From an uncultured archaeon (lineage in GTDB: Archaea; Iainarchaeota; Iainarchaeia; Iainarchaeales; JAAZKV01), in NCBI GenBank assembly GCA_964551375.1, contig CAZKBG010000001.1, positions 450,001 through 482,000 of the forward strand: a stretch of DNA of 32,000 nt, written 5' to 3'. Below are positions 1 through 8,310 of the stretch, piece after piece (the stretch's first letter is position 1; each line of letters begins with the position of its first letter). A program made the position numbers and the translations under genes. Below the pieces are notes generated by a model. It saw only the letters and a list, made by a program, of their open reading frames with translations. It did not search any database and had not been told where the DNA came from.

Positions 1-1
1 A

Positions 2-361
2 TGCATCGCAGTATGCCCGTTTGACGCAATAGACGCCAACTGGATAAGCACGCTTCAAAACGAATTCCTTGAAAAAATGGCTGAATACGCATACGCTGCC
101 CAGAAAGGCAAGAAAGTAGTTTATATTAACTTTATTTTCAACGTGACAAAAGAATGCGACTGCATGGACAAAGCGCAAAAAATAATTGCAAAAGACATTG
201 GAATCATGGCTTCAACCGACCCCGTGGCGCTTGATAAAGCAAGCCTTGAGATATTAGCGAAAAGCGAGAAACGAAAACTATTCGGCGGAGAGCATGTGTT
301 TGAATATTCCGAAAAAATCGGGTTAGGGAATAGAAAATACGAACTGATAAACATGAACTAA
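2..361 (+). CDS. DUF362-family Fe-S protein, C-terminal fragment (5' end lies upstream of the window)
   Basis: The frame is open from nt 2 (CIAVCPFDAIDANW, a CxxCP ferredoxin-type motif) into the tracked ORF 77..361. The C-terminus (KKVVYINFIFNVTKECDCMD...GIMASTDPVALDKASLEIL...GLGNRKYELI) matches the DUF362 C-terminal pattern as I remember it. Confidence 0.6.
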   Translation, partial: CIAVCPFDAIDANWISTLQNEFLEKMAEYAYAAQKGKKVVYINFIFNVTKECDCMDKAQKIIAKDIGIMASTDPVALDKASLEILAKSEKRKLFGGEHVFEYSEKIGLGNRKYELINMN

Positions 362-428
362 CTTTTCAAAAGCAAGCATTTAGAACAAAACAATTACTTA
401 TATTAATCCCTAAAACAAAGATGATATT

Positions 429-1634
429 ATGCCAAAAAAAGAACAAAACTTAAAAAATATCAAAAATACCAATAATGCAAACCAAAAAGAAGACAAAAAG
501 ACAATGAAGGCATTCTCGATTGCGACTTTTTTAAACGATATGGGAAGCGACATGATAAACCCAATCTGGCCGATGTTTCTAACATCATTTCTTGGAATCA
601 ACATGTCGCTTTTGGGACTGATTGACGGACTGGGAGACGCAATTGTATCAATTTCACAGGCAATAAGCGGATACTACTCCGACAGATTAAGAAAAAGAAA
701 AATATTCATCTGGACAGGATACTTCTTCTCAGGAATAGCAAGACTCGGATACGCAATTTCAACCACTTGGCCGATGATAATACCTTTTAGAATAATTGAC
801 CGCGCAGGAAAAATACGCGGAAGCCCAAGGGACGCAATGGTGGCGGATATTTCAACCGAAAAAAACAGGGGAAAGAATTTCGGGCTCCTAAGAACAATGG
901 ACAACTTTGGCGCAGTAGCAGGAATTTTATTATGCTTATTTTTCATAAACATACTCGCGCTTGATTTGACAACAATTCTGTTAATCGCATCAATCCCCTC
1001 AATAATCGGCGCGGGAGCAGTAATATTTTTAATAAAAGAAAAAAAACTTGAGGGGTTAAAACTTTTCAAAGGACTCCAATTCAAAAACTTGAACAAAAAC
1101 TTCAAGCTGTTTGTGGTAATAAGCGCAGTATTTGCATTAGGCTCATTCAGCTACTCATTCTTACTGCTCTTCGCGAAGTACCTTGGATGGAATATAACAA
1201 CCGTGCCGATACTTTACTTAATTTTCACTCTTGCCGCAGCTTTTCTCTCGCTTCCCTTTGGAAAGCTTTCAGATAAAATAGGAAGAAAAAAAGTAATTTA
1301 CATTTCACTTGCGCTATGGGCATTAAGCTGCATATTATTCATCACCATGAGCGCATGGTGGATAATAGTAATTATATTTATCCTCTACGGACTTCACAAA
1401 GCAGCGCTTGAACCTGTGCAAAAAACCTTTGTGGCAGAACTTGCACCTGAAAAATTCAGGGCAAGCGCTCTTGGAGGCTTTCAAATGGTAATCGGACTCT
1501 GCGCGCTCCCCGCATCAGTAGTAGCAGGAATCCTCTGGGACAACATTAACCCGACAGCCCCGTTTATTCTTTCATTAGGACTCACAATAATTGCATTTGT
1601 GCTTTTAGTATTTGTAAAGGAAAATAAAAAATAA
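429..1634 (+). CDS. MFS transporter
   Basis: 401-aa ORF that is hydrophobic throughout, with roughly 12 helices in two halves. Each half has an MFS motif-A-like loop (YYSDRLRKRKIF and GKLSDKIGRKKVIY). The N-terminal Lys/Asn-rich tail suggests the true start may be the internal ATG at 504 (MKAFSIA). Confidence 0.85.
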   Translation: MPKKEQNLKNIKNTNNANQKEDKKTMKAFSIATFLNDMGSDMINPIWPMFLTSFLGINMSLLGLIDGLGDAIVSISQAISGYYSDRLRKRKIFIWTGYFFSGIARLGYAISTTWPMIIPFRIIDRAGKIRGSPRDAMVADISTEKNRGKNFGLLRTMDNFGAVAGILLCLFFINILALDLTTILLIASIPSIIGAGAVIFLIKEKKLEGLKLFKGLQFKNLNKNFKLFVVISAVFALGSFSYSFLLLFAKYLGWNITTVPILYLIFTLAAAFLSLPFGKLSDKIGRKKVIYISLALWALSCILFITMSAWWIIVIIFILYGLHKAALEPVQKTFVAELAPEKFRASALGGFQMVIGLCALPASVVAGILWDNINPTAPFILSLGLTIIAFVLLVFVKENKK

Positions 1635-1669
1635 AAAGCTTTTTAAAAACTAATTGAAAAAAATAAGAA

Positions 1670-1742
1670 TAGCCCCTCCCAGATTCGAACTGGGGTCCTA
1701 GGCTTCAAAGGCCTATGTCCTTAGCCGCTAGACGAAGGGGCT
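1670..1742 (-). tRNA. tRNA-Gln (anticodon UUG)
   Basis: The reverse complement AGCCCCTTCGTCTAGCGGCTAAGGACATAGGCCTTTGAAGCCTAGGACCCCAGTTCGAATCTGGGAGGGGCT(A) folds as a cloverleaf. Acceptor AGCCCCT/AGGGGCT, D stem GTCT/GGAC, anticodon stem TAGGC/GCCTA with loop CTTTGAA, T stem CCCAG/CTGGG with loop TTCGAAT. The A1:U72 pair is typical of archaeal tRNA-Gln. No CCA is encoded. Confidence 0.9.
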
Positions 1743-1869
1743 TGCTAATTAGCTAACACAATTACGATTGTAAAATAATTGATTATGGGTAGCAATTTAA
1801 AGCTTTTCATGAACTAATTTTTATGTAATATAAGGTGAGCCAGAGGCAATCTTAGATAATTAAGCAAAA

Positions 1870-1943
1870 GGGCGGTTAGCTTAGCTGGTTGGAGCACACG
1901 ACTGATAATCGTGCGGTCGGGAGTTCAAATCTCCCACTGCCCA
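1870..1943 (+). tRNA. tRNA-Ile (anticodon GAU)
   Basis: GGGCGGTTAGCTTAGCTGGTTGGAGCACACGACTGATAATCGTGCGGTCGGGAGTTCAAATCTCCCACTGCCCA is a 74-nt cloverleaf. Acceptor GGGCGGT/ACTGCCC, anticodon stem CACGA/TCGTG with loop CTGATAA, T stem GGGAG/CTCCC with loop TTCAAAT, discriminator A. No CCA is encoded. Confidence 0.9.
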
Positions 1944-1948
1944 CTATT

Positions 1949-4687
1949 TTATTCAGCATTCTTAAATTTCCAAGTCACTTCTCTTGCAATAACCATAATG
2001 CCTGCGCTTGCTCCGCGCGAATCCTTCATGAGCGACGCATTAAGCTCAACTTTAACTTTCTTACCGCTCTTTTTAATCAAGTCAATCATGTAAGGCCTAA
2101 TCTCAGCACCAGCAAGCCGCTTTTTAAAATTAGCCACAACAATTGCCCTTGATTTAGTATCAATAATGCTTGAAGTAAAAATATTTTTGCCTATAAGCTC
2201 AGATTTTTTATACCCAAGCAATAAAGTGCACTTGTGGTTGGCTTCAATAATGCTCCCCTTTGAATTCAAAATAAATATAGGGTCAACTGCATTTTCAAAC
2301 AACTCATTAAATTTATTTTCAGAAGCCTTTGCAGTCATCTGAACGCTCTTTACTTTCTTAAGATCAGTCACTGAACCAACTATTCCGCCTATTTTGCCTT
2401 CAGCATCGTAGAACAGCGCCTTTGAAAGCAAAACTTCATGGAATTTCTTGTCGGAGGCAAAATACATCACCACTTCAATGCTCTCCGAGCCCTTTGATGG
2501 ATTGTTGATTAAGTTTGAATCAAGCGCAACATACATATCAGCATACTCTTTTTTGAACAATTGATGAGCAGTCTTGCCAATAATATATTCATTCTTAAGC
2601 CCCATAACAACCTCTTCATAGCTTTTATTACATCCAATATATTCCCCTTTAGTATTTTTATAAAACATAGGAATATTTACTCCGTCAAGTATTGACTGAA
2701 GGAATCTATGGCTCTCTTCAAGTTTAGTCTCAAGCTTGAGCTTTTCAGTAACATCCCTTGAGACAATTACAATGTAATCCTTTGTAAGAGTTGCACGCAT
2801 ATCAAGCACATGCCAGCTGCCGTCCTTAGCTTTGAACCTGCCTGAGACCATAATCGGCTTAATTGCATCAGATTTCCAAAATTCAACTTTGCTTTTTATA
2901 TATTCTTCAGCAATTTTCATTAATTTTCCTTTATCGTCAGGATGAGCATAATACAACGCAGGCTTTCCAATTATTTCTTCAGGAGTATAGCCAAGTATTG
3001 AATATGAAGGGCTCGCATAAACATGCTTAAACGAAGGAAGCAAATCAACAATTGCAATCATATCAGCGGCGTTTTCTGATATAAGCTTGAAGAATGACTG
3101 GCTTTCTTTAGCGCTTGCTTCAGCCGCGCGAATATCAGTTATATCCTCCCCTGAACTTAAAGTGCCTATTTTATTTCCAAATTCATCCCTTATAATTGAA
3201 TTATGCCACTTAACAAGCCTGATTTTTCCAGATTTTGTGAGAACCGAGCCATCAACATCCTCATTCTCATCAGGACCTTCGCTATTTACCGACATTAACT
3301 GGGAAAATACTTTTGAAACATTAGCCCGCTCTGATTTTGGCAGAGATATTTCAAACCAATTCTTTCCTTCAAGCGAGCCATATTCATATCCTAAAATTTC
3401 ATAACCTTTCTTGTTAAGCAGAGTAATGCATCCAGCCTTGTCAAGCGCAACAATAATGCTTCCTGTTAAATCAAGGTATTTTTGAGCCTTGGCTTCAGCC
3501 TTCTTTTTAGCGTCAATCGCTTCCCCTAACCCAATATCTTCCTTGCTCAAATCGGCTCTAAGAATTGCAAGCTTTAAACTTGCAAGTATTCTATTCAAAG
3601 AATCAGTAAGCGACTGAACCTCGGCAATATTGCTCTTTTCAAGATCGACTTCAAGCTTTCCTCTTGTTATTTCATCAACCCTCTTAGTCAATTTTAATAA
3701 CTGCCTTGAAATAAACTGCGAGGAAATAATTGATAATAAAATTGCAATAACTAAAAGAGCTCCAAGTATATACACAATATTCTGTCGCATATTTTCAAAA
3801 ACATGGGCTTCGCTTGAAATGTTTGTTGTCACAAGCGCAACTGCGACTTCTTCTTTTGAATTATCAAGAAGAACAAATCCCCCGCACGAATAATGCTCTG
3901 TTTGATCAGAAATTAATTTTGTAAAATGCTTCGATGCTTTTACCCCAAAAACAGTATCTTGAGTAAAGCAGTTGGAGCTGATAAAATTATCCTCCTCTCT
4001 TGAAATCAGCACATACTCGCCATAATCATCCCAATTATCCGCCCGGCCTGATTCAGATAAATACTCTAAATATCTTTCTTTATTGAGCTTAGCCTTTGGA
4101 ACAAATAACGCATAAACATCCGCGTGCTTTTCTGAAATTGAAGCAAGCAGAGTGTCCACATCAATCGCGCTTTCAACATACCCTTCCAAATTATTTTTTG
4201 AATAATAAGGAGATATTACCCTTAGAGAAAAATCATTTTTCCCAACCTCAATCCCAGAGCTTGTTGAAGAAGAAATTTGCGCATTCAAAAAAGACTGTCT
4301 TGTTAACACATCCCCGAATTCTTTCGGCTCATAGGGCCTGAAAAACACTTCTCCGTCAGGAAGAATAAAATACATTCGGCTTATTTTGCCGCCATCCTTT
4401 AACTCATTAAACAGAGGAAGAACTTGCTCCATTAATTTCTCTCTATTTCTTTCAATTAAACCCCCCATTAATGAATCATTTGACATAATGAGCTGGTTTA
4501 CTGAAGTCAAAATACCTATTTCTTCGCTCAAATAAACATTAAACTCATTTTCAAGATTATGCAATTTCCCGCCAGCTACTTCAGAAAGAGCCGTTTGTTC
4601 AATCTTTAGTGAAGCAAAATAAACTCCTAAAACTATCACTAAAGTAATCGCAATGATCTGCAAAAACAAAATGTGCGAAATCTTCAT
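1949..4687 (-). CDS. Membrane sensor protein: TM, Cache-like extracellular domain, TM, HAMP, four PAS domains, no kinase or other output domain
   Basis: Track ORF is 1949..4708. I prefer the ATG at 4687 (MKISHILF), which is preceded by GAGGGATAAA and sits 1 nt after the upstream kinase stop. The Cache-type pattern is MYFILPDGEVFFRPYEPKEFGDVLTRQSF...GIEVGKNDFSLRVISPYY...EGYVESAIDV, followed by a second TM (NIVYILGALLVIAILLSIISSQF). The HAMP-like linker is followed by four PAS-like units of about 120 aa. The protein ends inside the last PAS (VIAREVT), with no H-box or ATPase motifs. Confidence 0.8.
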   Translation of the reverse strand: MKISHILFLQIIAITLVIVLGVYFASLKIEQTALSEVAGGKLHNLENEFNVYLSEEIGILTSVNQLIMSNDSLMGGLIERNREKLMEQVLPLFNELKDGGKISRMYFILPDGEVFFRPYEPKEFGDVLTRQSFLNAQISSSTSSGIEVGKNDFSLRVISPYYSKNNLEGYVESAIDVDTLLASISEKHADVYALFVPKAKLNKERYLEYLSESGRADNWDDYGEYVLISREEDNFISSNCFTQDTVFGVKASKHFTKLISDQTEHYSCGGFVLLDNSKEEVAVALVTTNISSEAHVFENMRQNIVYILGALLVIAILLSIISSQFISRQLLKLTKRVDEITRGKLEVDLEKSNIAEVQSLTDSLNRILASLKLAILRADLSKEDIGLGEAIDAKKKAEAKAQKYLDLTGSIIVALDKAGCITLLNKKGYEILGYEYGSLEGKNWFEISLPKSERANVSKVFSQLMSVNSEGPDENEDVDGSVLTKSGKIRLVKWHNSIIRDEFGNKIGTLSSGEDITDIRAAEASAKESQSFFKLISENAADMIAIVDLLPSFKHVYASPSYSILGYTPEEIIGKPALYYAHPDDKGKLMKIAEEYIKSKVEFWKSDAIKPIMVSGRFKAKDGSWHVLDMRATLTKDYIVIVSRDVTEKLKLETKLEESHRFLQSILDGVNIPMFYKNTKGEYIGCNKSYEEVVMGLKNEYIIGKTAHQLFKKEYADMYVALDSNLINNPSKGSESIEVVMYFASDKKFHEVLLSKALFYDAEGKIGGIVGSVTDLKKVKSVQMTAKASENKFNELFENAVDPIFILNSKGSIIEANHKCTLLLGYKKSELIGKNIFTSSIIDTKSRAIVVANFKKRLAGAEIRPYMIDLIKKSGKKVKVELNASLMKDSRGASAGIMVIAREVTWKFKNAE

Positions 4688-4688
4688 T

Positions 4689-6941
4689 TTATCCCTCAAA
4701 ACACACATCTATTTCTTTTGAAAACTGGATATACTTCTGCTTGTTGATAATACCAATCTTTTCCAAGTATTTAATATATTCCAAAAGATTTTCCTTTGAA
4801 ATTCCTTTCTTTCTCTCAAACTCAACAAACTCTTTCTCCCCAAGAGGCCCCAAAATTTCCTTAAATAAAGCCTCAACTTTGCCTGAAATTGACTCCTTCT
4901 GCGAGAAAAGAAGCTTAATCGGCTTTAATTCCCTTGTAGGCGAGAACGGAACTGTAAAATAAATCTTTGTGCCTTTGCCCGCATCGGACTCAATCCAGAT
5001 TTTTCCTTTCTGCGATTCAATAATCCCCTTGCAGATAGTTAAACCAAGCCCCGTGCCTCCGTACTGGCGATACATTGTCTGCTCCGCCTGGAAGAACGGC
5101 TCAAATAAGCGCAACTGGTCCTTAACGGCAATTCCTATTCCGCTATCTTTCACGCTGAACAAAATATGCTCATCCTCAACACTTACTTTCACCTCAATTG
5201 TAGAAGACTCGGGCGAAAACTTTTTTGCGTTATTAATCAAGTTTCTCAAAACCTGCATTGTCCTGTCCGGATCAACTTCAATAACGGGCAATTTGCCCAT
5301 GTCAAGAGCAATTTTTATCTTCTTTTCAGGAAGGAAATTATCCATTTCCTTAACCAGCGAAACAATATAGCTTTCAAGATTAACTTTTACAAAATTAAAC
5401 TTTAATCTTGCGGCTTCAATTCTTGACACTTCCAAGAAATCCATAATAATCCTGTCAAGCCGCATCGCATTTCTTAGAACTATATCAATAGCCTCTTTCT
5501 GCTTGTCAGTCAGCTTTCCAAAATATCCTTCAGAGAGCATTTGAAGCTGGGCTCGCATAGGAGTCATAGGGCTTCTTAATTCATGGCTTGTAATTGACAA
5601 AAACTCCGTTTTAGCCCTGTCAAGCTGCCTGTGCTCATCTTCAGAATTTGAAAGAACTTTTGCAGTAATATTAATTGAGTTCGCAAGATTTTCAAGCTCA
5701 TCGCCCGTCGAAATATCAAGGCGGGTTCCGTAATTTCCGGCTTTTATTTTTTCCATCGCATTTTGAATTTTTCCAATGGGCTGGGTTATGAGAGTATAAA
5801 TAATATACCCAAGCGCAACAACAAAAAATATTATTGTGAGAATCATTATCCCAAGATTTCTTGAAAAAGTAAGCGACAGGGCGCGCGAATTTGAAAGCAC
5901 TGAATTTGCCTGCATCAAAGCATCCTCTTTTCCAACAGCAATCACAAGATACATCTCGCCCTCGTCAAGATTTAGCTTCTTGTATGCCCCCATATACTCC
6001 GTTCCGTCTTTTTTAAACCCAAAATTTCCCGAATCCTCAGAAAAATAATCCTTATTAAAAAAAGACTGCGCCGCAACCGATTCATCAACAGCATAATGCC
6101 CTTCATAATCCCCAAAATTTTCCTGTGTAACAATTGTTTTTGAAATAGTCACAGGCCATGGAAGAATCACTCCAGAATTGTTCATATATTTGGTATCAAC
6201 AAGCTCGGCAAACCCAGTATTGTAATAATAAAACAAATAATGGTCAACATCCCCTGTTATTACGCTCTGCTTAAAATTTACAACAAACAATCCTATTCTT
6301 TCGCCGTTAACATCAACAGGCTTCACAAAACGAATTACAGGAGTTTTTGTCCTGTCAGAAATGCTTATTTCAGAAATGTAATTACTCCCTTCTGGAGCAA
6401 CTCTCTTATCCATCGACTGCTTAAACCAGCTTTTAGTATTTTTGCAGTCCATAACGTCAATTTCAGAAAAAACAACCCCTGCAACAACACAGCCCTTGCT
6501 TGAAAACAGCCTCACCGCTTCAACCTCGTCATTTCGCAGAGCGAGAACGTCCTTAAAATATAAATTAATCTTGCTAACCGAATTTTCATCAAGGCAATCA
6601 GCCGGATTTTCACAAGAACTGCTTTTCACAAGAATATCTTTCATGTCATCGTATCTGTCATCAACTATTGACTCAAAAATCGCATCATAATCATCCTTGT
6701 TTGACTCAATATTGCTCGCAAGCCAACTCGCATCGTCAATTAAGGCATAATTCACCTGTGCCTCTATTCCTTCAATATACTTTAAGTTTGATTCCTCAAT
6801 CGAATTATTGAACGAATAAAGCGCGAGAAAACTCGTAAGGCACAACGGAAGCAGAACTACAAGAAGAGACAATAAAATCAATTTTCTTCTTATATTCCCA
6901 AGGAAGAATTTCCTCAAAGAAAACCCTGCTTTATCAGCCAT
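4689..6941 (-). CDS. Sensor histidine kinase (TM, dCache-like domain, TM, HAMP, HisKA, HATPase_c, ~81-aa C-terminal extension)
   Basis: H-box FLSITSHELRSPMTPM, N-box LRNLINNAKKF, G1 VKDSGIGI, F-box LFEPFFQ, G2 GGTGLGLTICKGI. The HAMP region is ITQPIGKIQNAMEKIKAGNYGTRLDISTGDELENLANSIN. The extracellular part carries the Cache pattern SWFKQSMDKR...YISEISISDRTKTPVIRFVKPVDVNGERIGLFVVNF. Confidence 0.9.
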   Translation of the reverse strand: MADKAGFSLRKFFLGNIRRKLILLSLLVVLLPLCLTSFLALYSFNNSIEESNLKYIEGIEAQVNYALIDDASWLASNIESNKDDYDAIFESIVDDRYDDMKDILVKSSSCENPADCLDENSVSKINLYFKDVLALRNDEVEAVRLFSSKGCVVAGVVFSEIDVMDCKNTKSWFKQSMDKRVAPEGSNYISEISISDRTKTPVIRFVKPVDVNGERIGLFVVNFKQSVITGDVDHYLFYYYNTGFAELVDTKYMNNSGVILPWPVTISKTIVTQENFGDYEGHYAVDESVAAQSFFNKDYFSEDSGNFGFKKDGTEYMGAYKKLNLDEGEMYLVIAVGKEDALMQANSVLSNSRALSLTFSRNLGIMILTIIFFVVALGYIIYTLITQPIGKIQNAMEKIKAGNYGTRLDISTGDELENLANSINITAKVLSNSEDEHRQLDRAKTEFLSITSHELRSPMTPMRAQLQMLSEGYFGKLTDKQKEAIDIVLRNAMRLDRIIMDFLEVSRIEAARLKFNFVKVNLESYIVSLVKEMDNFLPEKKIKIALDMGKLPVIEVDPDRTMQVLRNLINNAKKFSPESSTIEVKVSVEDEHILFSVKDSGIGIAVKDQLRLFEPFFQAEQTMYRQYGGTGLGLTICKGIIESQKGKIWIESDAGKGTKIYFTVPFSPTRELKPIKLLFSQKESISGKVEALFKEILGPLGEKEFVEFERKKGISKENLLEYIKYLEKIGIINKQKYIQFSKEIDVCFEG

Positions 6942-6951
6942 AAAAACTAAA

Positions 6952-7482
6952 TCACTTCAAGTTAATTACTTTATCAACAAACATTCCTGTCTCCTGAATC
7001 AAAAGCGACTGCTCGTTTGTATTAAGCGCGTAAAACACAGCCTTTGATTTTGAGGATTTTATTTTATTTATCAGCATCGAAACAAACTTTTGAACAGGCT
7101 CTTTTTTTTCGTAAATCAAAAGATTTGTCAGGGAATCAAAAATAACATACTCATAATCATGCCCCAAAAACCTGCTGACTGCAAGCGAAAGCTCGGTTAA
7201 CGCTCCCGGAGAATTAATGTAATAGCATCCTTTTGTCTGGTCGGGCACTTCTTTAATGGTTTTTGTGATAGCATCAATAAAAACAATATTATTCACATTT
7301 ATTTTGTTCTTTTTGAAAAGCTCCTTTAAAGAATCAAAGGTTTTATTCAGTGTCACATAGCAGACATTCTTTTTCGCAAGAATTTTAGCAATCTCAAGAA
7401 TTGTTTCATTATAATCAAGGCTGTCAACTAAAAGTAAAACCGTCTGGTTGCTCTTTAATTCATTTTCAATATTTATCTTCAT
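6952..7482 (-). CDS. KaiC/RecA-fold paralog lacking the Walker A P-loop (predicted inactive ATPase-like adaptor)
   Basis: The 176-aa protein is colinear with the KaiC-like ATPase at 8311..9108. TVLLLVDSLDYNE sits where FVLLAGGAGTGKT is, CYVTLNKTFDSL matches IYVSLEENYDQ, YVIFDSLTNLL matches RLVIDSISVLE, and FVDKVINL matches VADGVILL. There is no GxxGxGK[ST] motif anywhere. Confidence 0.65.
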   Translation of the reverse strand: MKINIENELKSNQTVLLLVDSLDYNETILEIAKILAKKNVCYVTLNKTFDSLKELFKKNKINVNNIVFIDAITKTIKEVPDQTKGCYYINSPGALTELSLAVSRFLGHDYEYVIFDSLTNLLIYEKKEPVQKFVSMLINKIKSSKSKAVFYALNTNEQSLLIQETGMFVDKVINLK

Positions 7483-7566
7483 TAAAATACCTTTTCCATT
7501 TTGTCCATCATTTTTATTTTTTATTTTGCATTTAACTTTTCATTCCAATTAAATCCAAAATTATTT

Positions 7567-7938
7567 CTATTTTGTAAGCTCCCTTACTTTAGCCACTAAC
7601 TCATTGATATCAAACGGCTTCTGAAGAAAATCAACAACATTGCCTTCTTTTAGCAAATCTTCCCTCTCGGCTTCGGATAATCGCACAACGCTAAGATATG
7701 CAACTTTTATTCCCTTGATTTTAGGAATTATTTTTTTCACAGGAGTTCCCGGCATCATGATATCCATAAGGATAAGATCCGGCTTGTCCTTTTTTAATTT
7801 TTCAAGACAATCGTCGCCGTTTATCGCAGTAAGCACCTTAAAACCGTTTCTCTCAAGAACAGTCTTCACAGTGTACCTAATATCGTCCTCGTCATCAACG
7901 ACCATTACCACTTTTTCAGTTGTGTTTTTCTCCGCCAT
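7567..7938 (-). CDS. Stand-alone response regulator receiver (CheY-like)
   Basis: VVMVVDDEDD acidic pocket, phospho-acceptor context DLILMDIMMPG, conserved Lys in FLQKPF. At 123 aa there is no output domain. AGGTGGTAAA precedes the ATG. Confidence 0.9.
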   Translation of the reverse strand: MAEKNTTEKVVMVVDDEDDIRYTVKTVLERNGFKVLTAINGDDCLEKLKKDKPDLILMDIMMPGTPVKKIIPKIKGIKVAYLSVVRLSEAEREDLLKEGNVVDFLQKPFDINELVAKVRELTK

Positions 7939-7946
7939 TTTACCAC

Positions 7947-8297
7947 CTAAGCAACAAGCTTCTTTACTATTTTAACATACTCCGACTCATCAAAGGGTTT
8001 CTGGATAAATCCGTCAACCTTTGAAAGATTAACCTCTTTTTTAGGAACAATTGACACAAACGCAAGCTTGCATTTGCCATTCAAACGCTCCCTCAAAAGC
8101 CTTGCAAGATCATAACCCGACAAGGTATTCATTTTTATATCAAGCAAAACAAGATTAAACTTTTCCAGCTTGAATAAATCCCACGCAAGCGCGCCGTTTG
8201 TCGCAACGTGAACTTCAATGCTTTCCTTTTCAAGAAGCTTTTTTGCTCTTTGCAGGTAATTGAAGTCGTCATCAACCAGCAGCACTTTTTTAACCAA
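7947..8297 (-). CDS. Stand-alone response regulator receiver (CheY-like)
   Basis: KVLLVDDD, LVLLDIKMNTLSG and IQKPF motifs. Track ORF is 7947..8348 with a TTG start that overlaps the KaiC-like gene by 38 nt. I prefer the in-frame TTG at 8297, which follows TAG-CGGAGGTGGTGCG: the KaiC stop, then a strong Shine-Dalgarno sequence with 5-nt spacing. Confidence 0.85.
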   Translation of the reverse strand: MVKKVLLVDDDFNYLQRAKKLLEKESIEVHVATNGALAWDLFKLEKFNLVLLDIKMNTLSGYDLARLLRERLNGKCKLAFVSIVPKKEVNLSKVDGFIQKPFDESEYVKIVKKLVA

Positions 8298-8310
8298 CGC
8301 ACCACCTCCG

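Noticed and set aside
121-1105. Minus-strand ORFs (121..354, 410..604, 674..1105) overlapping the DUF362 and MFS genes
   Set aside because: They are antisense to recognisable genes and have no independent signals.
1889-2152. 87-aa and 60-aa plus-strand ORFs (1889..2152 and 1911..2093)
   Set aside because: They begin inside the tRNA-Ile gene and run antisense into the 3' end of the sensor gene, so they are artefacts of ORF calling.
3087-6690. Multiple 70-133-aa plus-strand ORFs inside the sensor and kinase genes
   Set aside because: All are antisense to long ORFs that carry unambiguous PAS, HAMP, HisKA and HATPase motifs.
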